In this document: in pieces, positions 48,501-60,613 of the stretch | Position numbering within the stretch: position 1 is the stretch's first letter | How the letters are laid out: the number at the start of each line of letters is the position of its first letter | Assembly: GCA_043228905.1 (NCBI GenBank) | Contig: JBHGNT010000010.1 | Location: 9,734,001 to 9,798,000 of the forward strand | Direction: 5' to 3' | Source of the DNA: Azolla caroliniana | Taxonomy: Eukaryota; Plantae; Polypodiophyta | DNA length: 64,000 bases | Program-made: the position numbers and the translations under genes | Notes under the pieces: model-generated | Databases searched by the model: none | What the model was told of the DNA's origin: nothing | What the model saw: only the letters and a program-made list of their open reading frames with translations

Positions 48501-50620
48501 GCTAACTTTTTTACATGAACTCGATACGGCGTATCGAGTTCATGTTTAAAGTTTTATTTTAGATTTTTTTATTTAAATAATTACATTTTTTCCTATTTTA
48601 TTATGGTGTTTTGTTTTTTTTCTAAAATAAAATTAAGCTTTAATAAGTGATAAAAATAATAATTTATGTATTATAGTGCATGGTCTAATGGTCAAGAGCT
48701 CCACCCATGTAGCAGAAGGTCATCGGTTCGAGTCCTACCATATCATGACATATAAAAAAGTTACCTATTTTACAAGAACTCGATACTAACTTTTATACAT
48801 GAACCCGATACGGCGTATCGAGTTCATGTTGAAAAGCTAACTTTTTTACATGAACCTGACACGGTGTATCGAGTTCATGTTTAAAGTTTTATTTCGGATT
48901 TTTTTTTTAAAATAATTACATTTTTTCCTATTTTATTATGGTGTTTTGTTTTTTTTCTTAAAAAAAATTGAGCTTTAAGAAGTGATAAAAATAATATTTT
49001 ATGTATTACAATGTATGGTTTAATTGTCAAGAGCTTGACCCATGTAACATAAGGTCATGGGTTCGAGTCCTACCATATCATGACATGAAAAGTTTAATTT
49101 TAGATTTTTTTTTTTAAAATAATTACATTTTTTTCTATTTTATTTTGGTACTTTGTTTTTTTTTCTAAAACAAAATTGAGCTTGAATAAGTGATGAAAAA
49201 ACCAAAGCTTTTATCACAAGTTGATACAATGTATCAAATTGATGTTTAAAAAATAAAACAAAATCAATAAAAAACTATAAAAAATTGAAAAAAATTGAAA
49301 CAAAATTGAAAACAATTAGAAAAAATTACTTTAAGCATGAACTCAATACATTATATCGAATTGTGATGAAAATTATAAATTTTCTAGATGAACTCAAGCA
49401 CAATTGATTATTATTATTATTTTTTAAATCTAGTAAAAAAAACTTTGAGCAATAATTCAATACCTTGTATGGAATTATGATGAAAACTCTATTTTTTACA
49501 TCAACTCGATATAACATATCGACTTAATGTTTAAAATCTTGTTGTTTTTCAGATAAAAGAGGTTTTTTAAACATGAACTTGAATCGTACTAAAATCTTTG
49601 TTTTTACAAGAGAAAAAGATGCATATCGATAGTGCAAACAAGTATGTTGTACAATAAGATACTTTATGGTAAACATGTGCATCATTGATTAACAAAAAAC
49701 TATTAATAATTGTGTTGATGGTAATTGAACCTTGCAAATGCCATTTACACGGTCCATAAAGTGTTCGTGTGGTTCTCAATCACTACTTAATGTTGATCTT
49801 TATAGTTGGAACAAATGATGACAACACAAGCATAACTCAGGTGACAAGGAAACTTGCAAGAAGTCAAGGTGAGTATATTAATAGCTACACATGTAGATGG
49901 CCATGACCTAGGGTACCAATTTTGCATTGGTAAAGTTTTGGACGTGATGATGCATAAAACCTTTGTAATACATCTATCATTGACATTAATGAGGTGGATA
50001 TCATTATGTATGACTTTACACAAATAAAAGTTGGATGTATAAGGACAACAACGATATGCATAATAAAAGAGATATTAGCAAGTCTAGAAGATATCTCAGA
50101 TTGAAGACGAAGAAGATTTATTGCACAAAATTTGGAGATACCATTTGGTGAAGACAATGATTTGATTGGTACATTAGAAGATGAGGAGGAAGAGTCACAA
50201 TTGTATATTATCTATAGTAGTGATTATCATGAAAAGAATGATGATAGTCATGCAAATAACTCCCAAATGTATTTGTTGTGCAACTATATGTAACAAATTT
50301 AGACAACATTTTATCGAATGGAATAAAAACGTTCATTGTTTTGAAATATTCTACTTTGATTTCTTTAAGATCTAAAAACTTATTAGTTGTCATTTTTCTT
50401 TAAAAATCCACAAAGTTACTTTTCATATTTTACCCAAATTTGGCATTTTTCAATTTTACCAAATGGTGAAATTTTCAACTTTTTCATCAAGTTTTGGAGA
50501 ACATGTGATACTAGTATCAAGATGTTTTGTGAAATAGCAAAAAAAACCCCAAAATCAAACAGAATATTCCTTATCCTTCCACTTGTGCGCGATCCTTCCA
50601 CTTGTGAACGCAAACGTGTT
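45590..50620. mobile_element. Non-coding foldback-like TIR DNA element inserted in the copia E 5' LTR
   Basis: TIR AACACCTTTGCATTCACAAGTGGAAGGAT versus ATCCTTCCACTTGTGAACGCAAACGTGTT. TACT(A) duplicated relative to the intact 3' LTR. Inner inverted arms about 46205-46750 and 49190-49750. Confidence 0.88.
46905..49090 (+). repeat. Tandem array, 7 units of ~332 bp, each with ACATGAACTCGATAC palindromes and an LTR-derived tRNA-like cassette
   Basis: Equivalent positions at about 47518, 47850, 48183, 48515 and 48849. Palindrome AACATGAACTCGATACG-C-CGTATCGAGTTCATGTT. Confidence 0.92.
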
Positions 50621-51031
50621 TACTAGGGAGTTATTACTCTCGTAGTTAGTGTCAGACGCTCGAGTGAGCATTGAAGTACACCATACTTTTGTTAGTCCGT
50701 ATGGACCTGTATAAAAGTGTTCGTTGAACACATACGATGTACAGAGTGTTGATATAATTTTGAATAGAGATTCTTGTTCTACTCTCTCTGTCTCTCCCAT
50801 GTACTGTTATGCTCTCCATTAAACCTGTTCTCTGTTTTCTGTTTTTTATTGCTTCCACACGCTATTTGTTTTTACATGGTATCAGAGTGCGAGGGTTGAG
50901 AACCTCTGCAGCCAACATTCGCTTTCGCAAGAAGAAAACCTAACCTTTGTAAAGAACAAGGAAAAAAAAACAATGGATAGAGGAATGACTAGCTCGCTTC
51001 TGGTGGAGAAGCTCGACAGATCCAACTACGA

Positions 51032-52163
51032 TGTCATGAAGATTTCCGGCAATGGTGTGAAAATCACATAAGATGTACAAAATCAAGTGTCAATCATATA
51101 AAACAATAATAGTGAATATACTAATTCTAAGTAAGTTTAATATCTTAGTACAAAAGACGAAGATCTTGAAGAGATGCACTTTACTACATAAGAAACGGAC
51201 ATTTAAGTGTCAACTTATGTGGGTAAGAAGTTGCGAAAGAAAAAGAGAAAATTGTGAGGTATCCCACATAGACAGGAAAAATAAGGCTCTCACCATATAT
51301 AAGGTGGAGCAAAAGTTATCATCTTTGTGTCTATGTGTGGAGCATAGAGAGTTCAAGGTAACTTGAACTAAGAGTGGAGGTGGCCTAGCCACTCGTAAAG
51401 GTTTTGGCCAACCAAAACGGAACTGGACAGTAACCGGGAATCGGCATCCGACGGAGCCGGTGATCAGGCGGTATCGGCATCTGACAGAACCGGTGATCCG
51501 GCGGCGGCGGCAACCGGCGACATCCGGCAAACCGGTGTCATCCGACAACCGACGACGACGGGCATTCGGCAACCAGATAGATATATAAATAAATAAATAA
51601 ATAGATACACAAGGAGGGCAAGTGCATATTCAAACCTTGCACCTCCTAATTAAGAGTCAGTAAGCTTACCACTAAGCCATGACATTTAGTTGAATTTATA
51701 TTTCTATCATTGTACTTTTACATATAAATTCTCATACATGAGAGCTAAAATGAGTGACATGGTTATCATGCACCACATGTAATACATGAGCGCCAAATGG
51801 CAAACATGCATTTTATGCATGTCTTGAACCCTCAAATGCATGGGGGCATCTATAAAAGAGGGAATGAAAAAGATCAAAGGGGGATTCTTGGGAAAAAAGA
51901 AAGCTTTGTAAATCAAAATTAATATTAAGAAGAAAATTCGTTATCCTTTTGATGATATACCTTGTTCTTGAAATCTAAAGTCAAGAGTTCTTAATCTCTC
52001 TCTCAATCTAAAATCAAGCGTTCTATTTTTTCTCAATCTCTCTCTCTTTCAATCTATCTTAATTCCTTTCTCGCTAAAGCTTGTGCCAACGTCGAATCCT
52101 TCCGGTCTAGAACTCCGGCGGTTCGGCCTCACGATCCGTGCGTAATGACGGATCTTCACGACA
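51032..52163 (+). mobile_element. Solo LTR (~1.13 kb) of the Trp-primed lineage in copia E gag
   Basis: TGTCATGAAGAT...ATCTTCACGACA terminal inverted ends. TSD ACGA/ACGC. Removing it restores DRSNYASW. Confidence 0.88.
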
Positions 52164-55100
52164 ACGCATCTTGGTCATACAAGATGCACCAGTACCTGCT
52201 TGGGCATGGTTACTGGAGCTATGTCAATGAAGCTAACGACACAGCACCTGATGCGGCACACAAGGACTTCCCGGTGTGGGAACAATCGGCAAGCAGAGTG
52301 ATGTATTGTTTTGCGTCCAGTGTCGGAGACCAGCTGCTGAGCCACGTCCGAGATGCCAAGACGCCGAAAGAGGCTTGGGGAAACCTGAAGAAGGTGTTCG
52401 CCGCAAGCACTATAGCCCGGAAGCTGCAACTCCAACATGAGTTGAGCAATGTCCGACAGAAGGACATGTCGGTGGCTGATTACACTGCCCGAATCAAAGA
52501 GATCTATGACTCGCTTGCCTCTATCAACGTCACGGTAGAGGAAGACGAGATGGTACAGGTTTGTCTTGGGGGCCTAACATCTAAGTTCCGAGCTTTCCGG
52601 ACAGCGGTATGTACGAGGGAGAATACGCCGTCATTTTTCGACTTATAGTCGATGCTCCTTGTAGAGGAGAACCATGCCGGTGCATCAACAAGTGCACCCA
52701 CCGGCAGCCAAATGTTGTACACGGAGGCAGATCGGCCCCGTGGGCATGGTGGACGAGGCGGGTCAGCACGCAATGGAGGCAACCGGCAAGGGCAAGACCG
52801 ACGACACAGACACCATGCCGACAGCAGTTCCGGGACTTCCACAAGCAGGGGGAGTCAAGATGTAGCCAGAGGCCGGCAAGAGAAAGCCGCCACGGAATGT
52901 TGGTACTATGGCTAAAAGGGCCATAGAGAAAGTGAGTGCTGGAAGAAGTGCACTAATTCGGACAGATCCGGATCCGGCAAGGCCGGCAGAGAGAACCGGC
53001 AATACTCGCACTACGCAATAGGATCGAGAGGATCCAAAACTGGAAAAGCCGGTAAAGGGCCAACCTTGGTGATGAAACATGAGGATAACTTGATGAAGAA
53101 GACCACTTCCAAATCGGAGGAAGTGTGGTACATTGATTCCGGTGCGTCGAATCACATGACAAGCCACAAAGAGTGGTTCTCTTTCCTAGAGAAACCGGAA
53201 CAACCAACAGTTGTTGAAACTGTAGATGACACTCCTCACCCAATCGTGCATGTCGGAAAAATTCCCCTGAGCCACGTCGGACAGAGGGGGAAGTTGATGA
53301 ACATATTACACATTCCGACTATCACGAAGAACCTGGTGTTGGTCAGACATATCGTCGACCAGGGAATGCAGGTGCGGTTTACGCACCTCGGGTGCTTCAT
53401 CGAGGAGGAGGGCCAGATTATCACGCAAGGGCGCAAAGATGGGAGGATGTTCATCCTCAACACCAATGACGTCGGGGCCACCTAGTTCGCCAAAGGACAA
53501 AGGGTCGAATCAGACATCGACCTGTGGCACAAGCGGATCGGCCATGTCAATTACCAAAGGCTTCAAGACCTGCAAACGAAAAAAGTTTTTTTCGGTTTGC
53601 CAAAGTTTAGTAGCCGGAAGGCCCAAGTATGTAAAGCCTGCAAACTCGGGAAGCAACACCGGCTTCCATTCCCCGCCAAACAAAACCGTAGCCGTAACAA
53701 GCTCGATCTTATTCATTTGGATGTATGGGGACCGGCACAGAACATGAGTCTTGGCGGGAGTCGATACTTTGTGTCATTCATCGACGACTATAGCCGGCAC
53801 ACATGGATCTACCTCATTGAGCGGAAGAGTGAAGTCTTCGACTGTTTCCAGAACCTCTAGAGCATGGTGGAATGGGAATCGGAGAGGAAGATCAACTGCC
53901 TGCGGTCAGATGGCGGAAAAAAATATTTTTCCGGCCAATTCAACAGTTATCTCCAGCAAGCAGGAATTCGGAGAGAGTTCAACTACATATACACACCGGA
54001 GCAAAACGGTGTGTCGACACGGCAAGGGCAATGCTAGAAGAGAAGAGCATGCCCCATTTCTACTGGGTGAAGGCGGTCTGGACGGCCATCTACATCCAAA
54101 ACCGGATCGGTGACAAGGTGTCCGCGCATGAGCTGTATTTCGGGCGCAAGCCGAATTTGAGACACCTTCGGATTTTCAGCAACATAGCATATGTGCATGT
54201 GCCGGATGAGAAGCGGAGGAAGCTGGATGCAAAATCGGAGAAGTGCATCCTCATCAGCTACTCACATGAGCAAAAGGGGTATAAGTGTTATAACCCCCGG
54301 ACGAAGCAGGTCCGAGTTAGCCGCGATGTTGAGTTTGATGAGACGACATCATGGTATGCCTTACCAACTCCGACTTCTGACCCCGACTCGATACTAGAGG
54401 ATGAGGCTAGTGAGCCTGAACCGGTTCAATTAGAAGATGATGAATCCGGGACTCAAGAAGAGAGTCTGGAATCGTTTCGGTTGAGTGGGCCGAACGAGAG
54501 ACTGGGTCAATACAACCAGTCAGAAGAAGAACTGGCGAGTAGTGAAGACTTTGTCGTGCTCTCCCCACGCAAGGAACCGAGGAGACGGTTCACGCGCAAA
54601 GAGAAGGGGAAGAAGAAGATGCCGGATTATAAAACCGGTATTGATAAGTCGGATCGGAGCGGATCCGACTCCGGAAAGGAAAATGACGGTTCTTCGGCAC
54701 CGAAGACCAAACCAGCCAAGAAGGGCCTCAAACCAGGTAACGCTGGGTTACGCCGGTCAACCCGCCAGAAGGAACCTGTTAAGCGGTACGAGTACAATGA
54801 GTACATGGCGCATCACTATGCGTACATGACCAAGGTGGCGGAAGTGCGTGAGCCAGAGAGCTACACAGAAGCGGCAAAGGATGCACATTGGTGTGCCGCT
54901 ATGGAAGAAGAGATGCGGGCACTTGATGCCAACGATACATGGGACCTGGTTGACCCTCCCCTTCACAGTAAACCGATCGGATGCAAGTGGGTGTACAAGG
55001 TAAAGTACAACACCAACGGTTCAGTTAACCAGTACAAGGCCCGGTTAGTGGCGAAGGGATATGCACAGACCCACGGAATCGACTACGACGAGACCTTCGC

Positions 55101-57017
55101 TCCGGTAACAAAGATGACGACGGTTCGTGTGGTGCTTGCGGTTGTAGCGGCAAGGGGGTGGCATCTTCACCAGATGGATGTGAAGAATGCATTTCTTCAA
55201 GGAGATCTTGAAGAAGAGGTCTTTATGATACAACCCCCCAGTTTCCAGACGGAGATGAATAAGTCGGCGGTATGCCGGCTGAAGAAGTCACTTTATGGCC
55301 TGAAGCAAGCCCCTCGAGCTTGGAATGCAAAGATCACGCACTAGTTGCGTAAGATGGGGTTTGCGGCCTCCAAGTCTGACTCTTCGTTGTTCATCCGGCA
55401 AGGTCCGGACGGTCCGGTTTGCATCTTGTTGTACGTTGATGATCTAGTCAACACCGGACCTGGACTCGATGAAATCAGCCGAGTCAAGTCCCAGTTGTCG
55501 GATGCGTTTGAGATGAAGGACCTGGGGGACCTTCACTATTTCCTTGGGATCGAGGTGATCGAAACCCCCAACGGCATATTGCTCTCACAAAGGCACTATA
55601 TGTTGAATATGTTGTACAAGTTCGGCATGACGGAATGCCGACCTATCTCTACTCCCCTGGACCGGAACCAGAAGCTCCGTCCCGACTCTGGACTGGCCTG
55701 CGATGAGAAACGGTTCTGACAAATTGTCGGAAGCCTTATATATTTGACCATCACCCGACCCGACATCAGCTATCCAGTCGGTGTGATTAGCCAATTCATG
55801 TAGAAGCCGACCGTAGAGCATCTTCAGTGCGCACACCGAATACTGCGGTATGTGAGCCGCACGAAGGACCGGGGATTGTTATATCGGCAAGGTATAACCG
55901 AAGATCTGGTCGGTTACACAGATGCCGACTGGGCCGACGATGCATCAGATCGCCGATCAACCTCCAGTTACATGTTTTCCCTAGGTAGCACGGTTGTTGC
56001 TTGGAGCAGCAAAAAGCAGCCAACAGTTGCTCCATCGAGCACTGAGGCTGAGTATCGGGGCGCTACATTGCCATCTGTGAAGCCATTTGGCTTCGATGAC
56101 TACTGCAAGACCTACGGATCGAGGTACCGACCCCGATTCTGATCTACTGCAACAACATAAGCAACATGCAGCTCGCCAAGAACCTCGTATTCCATGCTCG
56201 CACAAAGCACATAGAAGTGCACTATCACTTCGTGCGTGAGCGTGTCCTGAGCAGCGAGGTCGAACTTCGGTATGTTCACACGGATCGGCAAGTTGCCAAC
56301 ATCTTCACCAAACCACTCGGATTGGACAAGTTGCAACACTTCACTAAAATGCTTGGTGTTCAGCATCTCGATGTGCCACACAGGGGGAGAACGGGCAAAG
56401 ACACCAGAATGGGCAAAGGCAAAGAGACTGCCGATTGCGCCGGTGAGGGAAGAACCGACGAAGGGAGAGTCAAGAAGAAGAAAGGAGCCGAGTCAACAAA
56501 GGAAGTCAACACATCCGAACAAGTTGGAACAAGCGGCAACGGCGACAGAGTCAAGAAGGATAGAGCCGACCGGAAGAAGAAGGCCAAGACCCGAACATGG
56601 TCCGATGTGGTGAAGGGGCTAGAACCAGAAGACGACTTGGGAGCGATTGATTTGGACAAGAGTTGGAATGAATCGGAGACAATCGATTCAGTTCAACAGA
56701 CAGATTCGGAAGAACCGGATCAATTCAAGGCCAATAGGACCAGAAGGCAGCGAAAGTCGACGCCAACACGAAGGAATCGGCGAACCGGCACGTGCCGAAG
56801 TCACAACAGCGAGGGAGCTGAATTGGGCCTGTTGAGCAGACAAGCCGACCGAGGTCGAGGTGCACAGAACAAGAGGGGTCACGGCAAACAGAACCGGACC
56901 GAACGAAGAGCGCGAGCAAGGCGGAGTGATGCCAGAAGGAGCCAGGTAGAAGGACCGGTTGCCACAGACGTTGACACTACGACCGGACCTCAAGTTGAGC
57001 TTGAGGGGGAGTGTTGA
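52164..57017 (+). pseudogene. Copia E gag-pol, multiple stops and frameshifts, with basic C-terminal extension
   Basis: IDSGAS (PR), WHKRIGH (INT), YVDDL (RT), HARTKHIE (RH). Confidence 0.9.
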
Positions 57018-58839
57018 GCGGCAAGCTCAATTGGAGCCGGATCTGCTGGATAAGCCTGAGCCGGTGAGCGAGACGGATTGGTGAGCCGGTGAGCACCCGG
57101 TGAGCAAAAGAGCCTGTGAGTTGGGGAGCCGGTTAGCTGGATCCATCAGTAATCAGAAGCCTAGTAGCAGCTAGACTACTAGGGAGTTATTACTCTTGTA
57201 GTTAGTGTCAGATGCTCGACTGAGCATTGAAGTACACCGTACTTCTGTCAGTCTGTATGGACCTATATAAAAGTGTTCGTTGAACACATACGATGTACAG
57301 AGTGTTGATATAATTTTGAATAGAGATTCTTGTTCTGCTCTCTCTATCTCTCTCGTGTATTGTTATGCTCTCCATTAAACCTATTCTCTGTTTTCTGTTT
57401 TTTACTGCTTCCGCATGCTATTTGTTTTTACAATAATCTTAAATCAAAACTCAAACTTGTATTACTTCCGTTGTTCATTACGTCGATTCCCAGATCCTTT
57501 TATAGGAATCTGGTTAGAAATACATAACGGTGCCTTACCGGTTACCCGCTATCAATCGGTCCAGATCCGGATCGGTACAACTATTTCGGATCCGTCCGTT
57601 CCTATAATATTCCTAATTACTAATTAATCTAATTATCATATCCGACTCATCCCTTTTCAAATATATTCCTCTTGATCCGTCCAACAGAGAATACAAGAGA
57701 CCCTAAGGCAACGACCTTGAGCTCGTCTTCATCTTGCAGATGAGAAGACACACTCACTCACACACTTAGAGTACACAGTGATTACAACACTCATGATCAC
57801 ACTATGTCCCCATACATACAGATTGACCTAGGTGTATTTATACTTATACATCGTATGGGCTATCTACAAATGTACCCTCTAATTGGCTATGACTGAATCA
57901 ACCTTCGGCTCTTTGCCGGCCTTCATCCGATTTGGCTCTCTGCCAGCCTGTATCTGATTTGGCTCTCTGTCGATCAGGCTTTCCAACTCATCCCATCCAG
58001 AGGAACCATATATCCCAACACAAACCCCAAACAATGACTAAATGCTCTACCTTGGTGAACATCTTCAGCATCATTGCTACGGGATACGGAAAAGGCCAAA
58101 ATTTCGCGAGCAAGTTCCCCACACCCTAGTCCAAGCACAAGGTGTGTACAAGAGCATTACCCAACTCTGGGAACCTATGAACAGACAAATGCACCCCAAC
58201 GCCAAACCCCAAAAACCCTTGGCCCCAAAAAACCATCCCACCCACCCTAAGACATCTCTCACGAGCCCAATTTGTTTGTGCACAGATAGTACTCCTTGTA
58301 AATATCCCAATTCCCCATGCTCACCTCCCACAGTGCATCCAAGAGTGTGCACGCAATAGGTTGGGGAGGATGTTAAGCATCTGGAATACAACACACACTC
58401 ACTGTGAAGAAGAGCACATAAACAAGGGATACAACACACACTCACTATGGAAGTAGCCAATTAGGGGAGAGGCAAGCCAATGGGGGGCATATAGTGAAAT
58501 GAGCACACTCATAATGTAAAATCTATAAAAGCCACCTTGTGGTGACTTTTTAGCTTCTTCTTCATTCGTAAGAAATATTCTAGTGATTAGAACTCTAAGG
58601 CTCCTCTCCTTCTTCAAATCATAGTTTAGAGATAGTGTATAGTTAATAAACACTAATTTCTCTCTTCCGTGTTGATGCTAGACTTAGTAAGAGTGTTAGA
58701 ACTTGTCCTAATATAAGCATATGATAAGGAAATAATAGATAGAAAGATAAGAACGGAGAGAGAAAGAAGGGTGCCTATCCACCCAACCATCCCCGAGTGA
58801 AGGGATCAAGACGGACTTGAGCCTTGATCGACCGACGTG

Positions 58840-59801
58840 ATTTATAAGCTCTGGGAAGGCATTCATGTGCTCTGCCATACTGGATCCGTCTTGGTATCGG
58901 AGTCTCACTAACTTCCGGAATATTGAGACCCGATTCACAACATTTTTTTCTCTCCAGCATGATACTGATTTTTTCCCAAAGCACATGAACCTTACTCTCT
59001 TCATTAAAGTTGTTGTACAGGCTCATGTCGATGAAGCATCGAATGTATGTCGTCATCTTCATATGCATCACCTCCCAGTTCGTGACATCGATTTTATTTG
59101 GTCTTTTGTCTCCAAATGGTACCGGCAACTAGAGATCTTTGACTACCAACATGTCCCTCATCTTCGACTTCCACACTGGGTAGTTGGAGCCGGTGAGCTT
59201 GAACATGCCGCCGAATGGATCTTCCATGCTCTGATACCTGATTGTGCGGAATGGTGTTTGGCCACAACCTGAAGAGTCTCAATCACTCAATGGAAGAAAG
59301 CAGAAAATAGAAATAAGACGACACAAGATGTTAACGTGGAAAACCCTAATCGGGAAAAAACCACGAGAGTCCACAGACTCCAACTATCACTATGAGAGAA
59401 AGGTTACAATGGGAGACTCAGAGGCAATGACCTCGAGCTCTATATTCATCCACCGGCGATTACAACTGAAAAGCTTTCTATATCTCTATCTCCCTCTCGG
59501 TCTCTCTCTGTCTCTCTCTATACAACAATAATGATAACAACAACTAAAACAGTATGCCCTAGTTATTTTTATACTTATATAACTTTGGGGCTATTTACAA
59601 ATATGACCTCAACGGTCACGTCTAAACATATTTACTAATATGTTCATATTTGTTGGTTCATACCGGATCCGGCCGGACTCCTTCCGGATTCATCCGATCC
59701 GGTATCAGGATCCATTCGGTCTGGTTCCTTCCTTCGTCTTGTTTGATCTTGCTCGTCCGGTTCTCATCCAGATCTCATCCGGAGGGACCTGTTTCCCAAC
59801 A
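58840..59801 (-). mobile_element. Truncated copia (5' LTR 59243-59801, Met PBS, gag start), related to the 8381 copia
   Basis: LTR starts TGTTGGGAAACAGGTCCC (compare TGTTGGGATTACGGTCCC). GCTCTGATACC at 59228-59238. Gag NYPVWKSKM...RLRYQDGSSMAEH. Confidence 0.8.
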
Positions 59802-59943
59802 ATAGATCGGTATCCGGAACCTAGAGCCAGATCAAAGAACCAGTTCATACTCCGGAATAGTGAGAACCAGTAGGCAATTGGAGCCTATGGTCCTAGCCTA
59901 GTACATAGGCATATGTCTTGGAGTCAATGTCAGTGTCAGTACT

Positions 59944-60271
59944 TGTTGAGCGGCAAGCTCAACCGGAGCCGGATCGGCTGAATAAGCCGGAGCCGGTAAG
60001 CGAGACGGAACGGGCGAAACGGATCGGTATGACGGTGAGCAACCAAACCGGCAAGCCGTGGAGGCCGGGTGCAATCCATAACCGGCAGTCCAATCGGAAG
60101 CCTAGAATAGGATAGACTACTAGGTAGTTATAGTCTCGTAGTAAGTGTCAGATGCTCGTGTGAGCATTGAAGTACATGGTACTTCTGTCAGTCCCAAGAG
60201 GACTTGTATAAATAGTGCTACTTAGCACAGTGTGTGTACAGAGTCTTGATATAATTTTGAAATTACGTTCT

Positions 60272-60310
<39 letters not shown>

Positions 60311-60613
60311 GTTGTTCTCTGTTTTACGCTTCTGCAAACACTCACGTTTACATGGTATCAGAGCGCGAGGGTTGAGAACCTCTGCTGCAGACATTTAACT
60401 CTTGAGAAGAAAACCCTAACAGGTCGAAAACAGACACAGTAGAAGACATGGATAGAGGAATGGCTATGTCGCTCCCGGTGGAGAAGCTCGACAGGAGCAA
60501 CTACGCATCCTGGTCTTACAAGATGCACCAGTACCTGCTTGGACACGGGTACTGGAGTTATGTCGAAGGAGCGAATGATGCGGCGCCAGACTCGGCACAC
60601 AAGGACTTCCCGG
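59944..60613 (+). mobile_element. Second copia E-family copy: 5' LTR 59944-60352, PBS and gag start, interrupted by element D
   Basis: TGTTGAGCGGCAAGCTCAA start. TGGTATCAGAGC at 60353. Gag EKLDRSNYASW. Confidence 0.88.

Larger units (their letters stand above)
45448..57432 (+). mobile_element. Ty1/copia element E, degenerate, with two nested insertions
   Basis: 5' LTR 45448-45589 plus 50621-50876. 3' LTR 57012-57432. TSD ATAAT/ATAAT. Met PBS at 50877. PPT before 57012. Confidence 0.92.

Noticed and set aside
47075-49085. Cluster of true tRNA genes
   Set aside because: A and B boxes are present, but I could not fold a canonical acceptor or anticodon stem. The sequence is LTR-derived.
46905-49090. 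CRISPR-like array of ~35-bp palindromic repeats
   Set aside because: The intervening sequences are themselves repeated with a ~332-bp period rather than unique, there are no cas genes, and the context is eukaryotic.
57690-58840. Further LTR-like fragments
   Set aside because: No paired termini, PBS or TSD could be fixed by eye.
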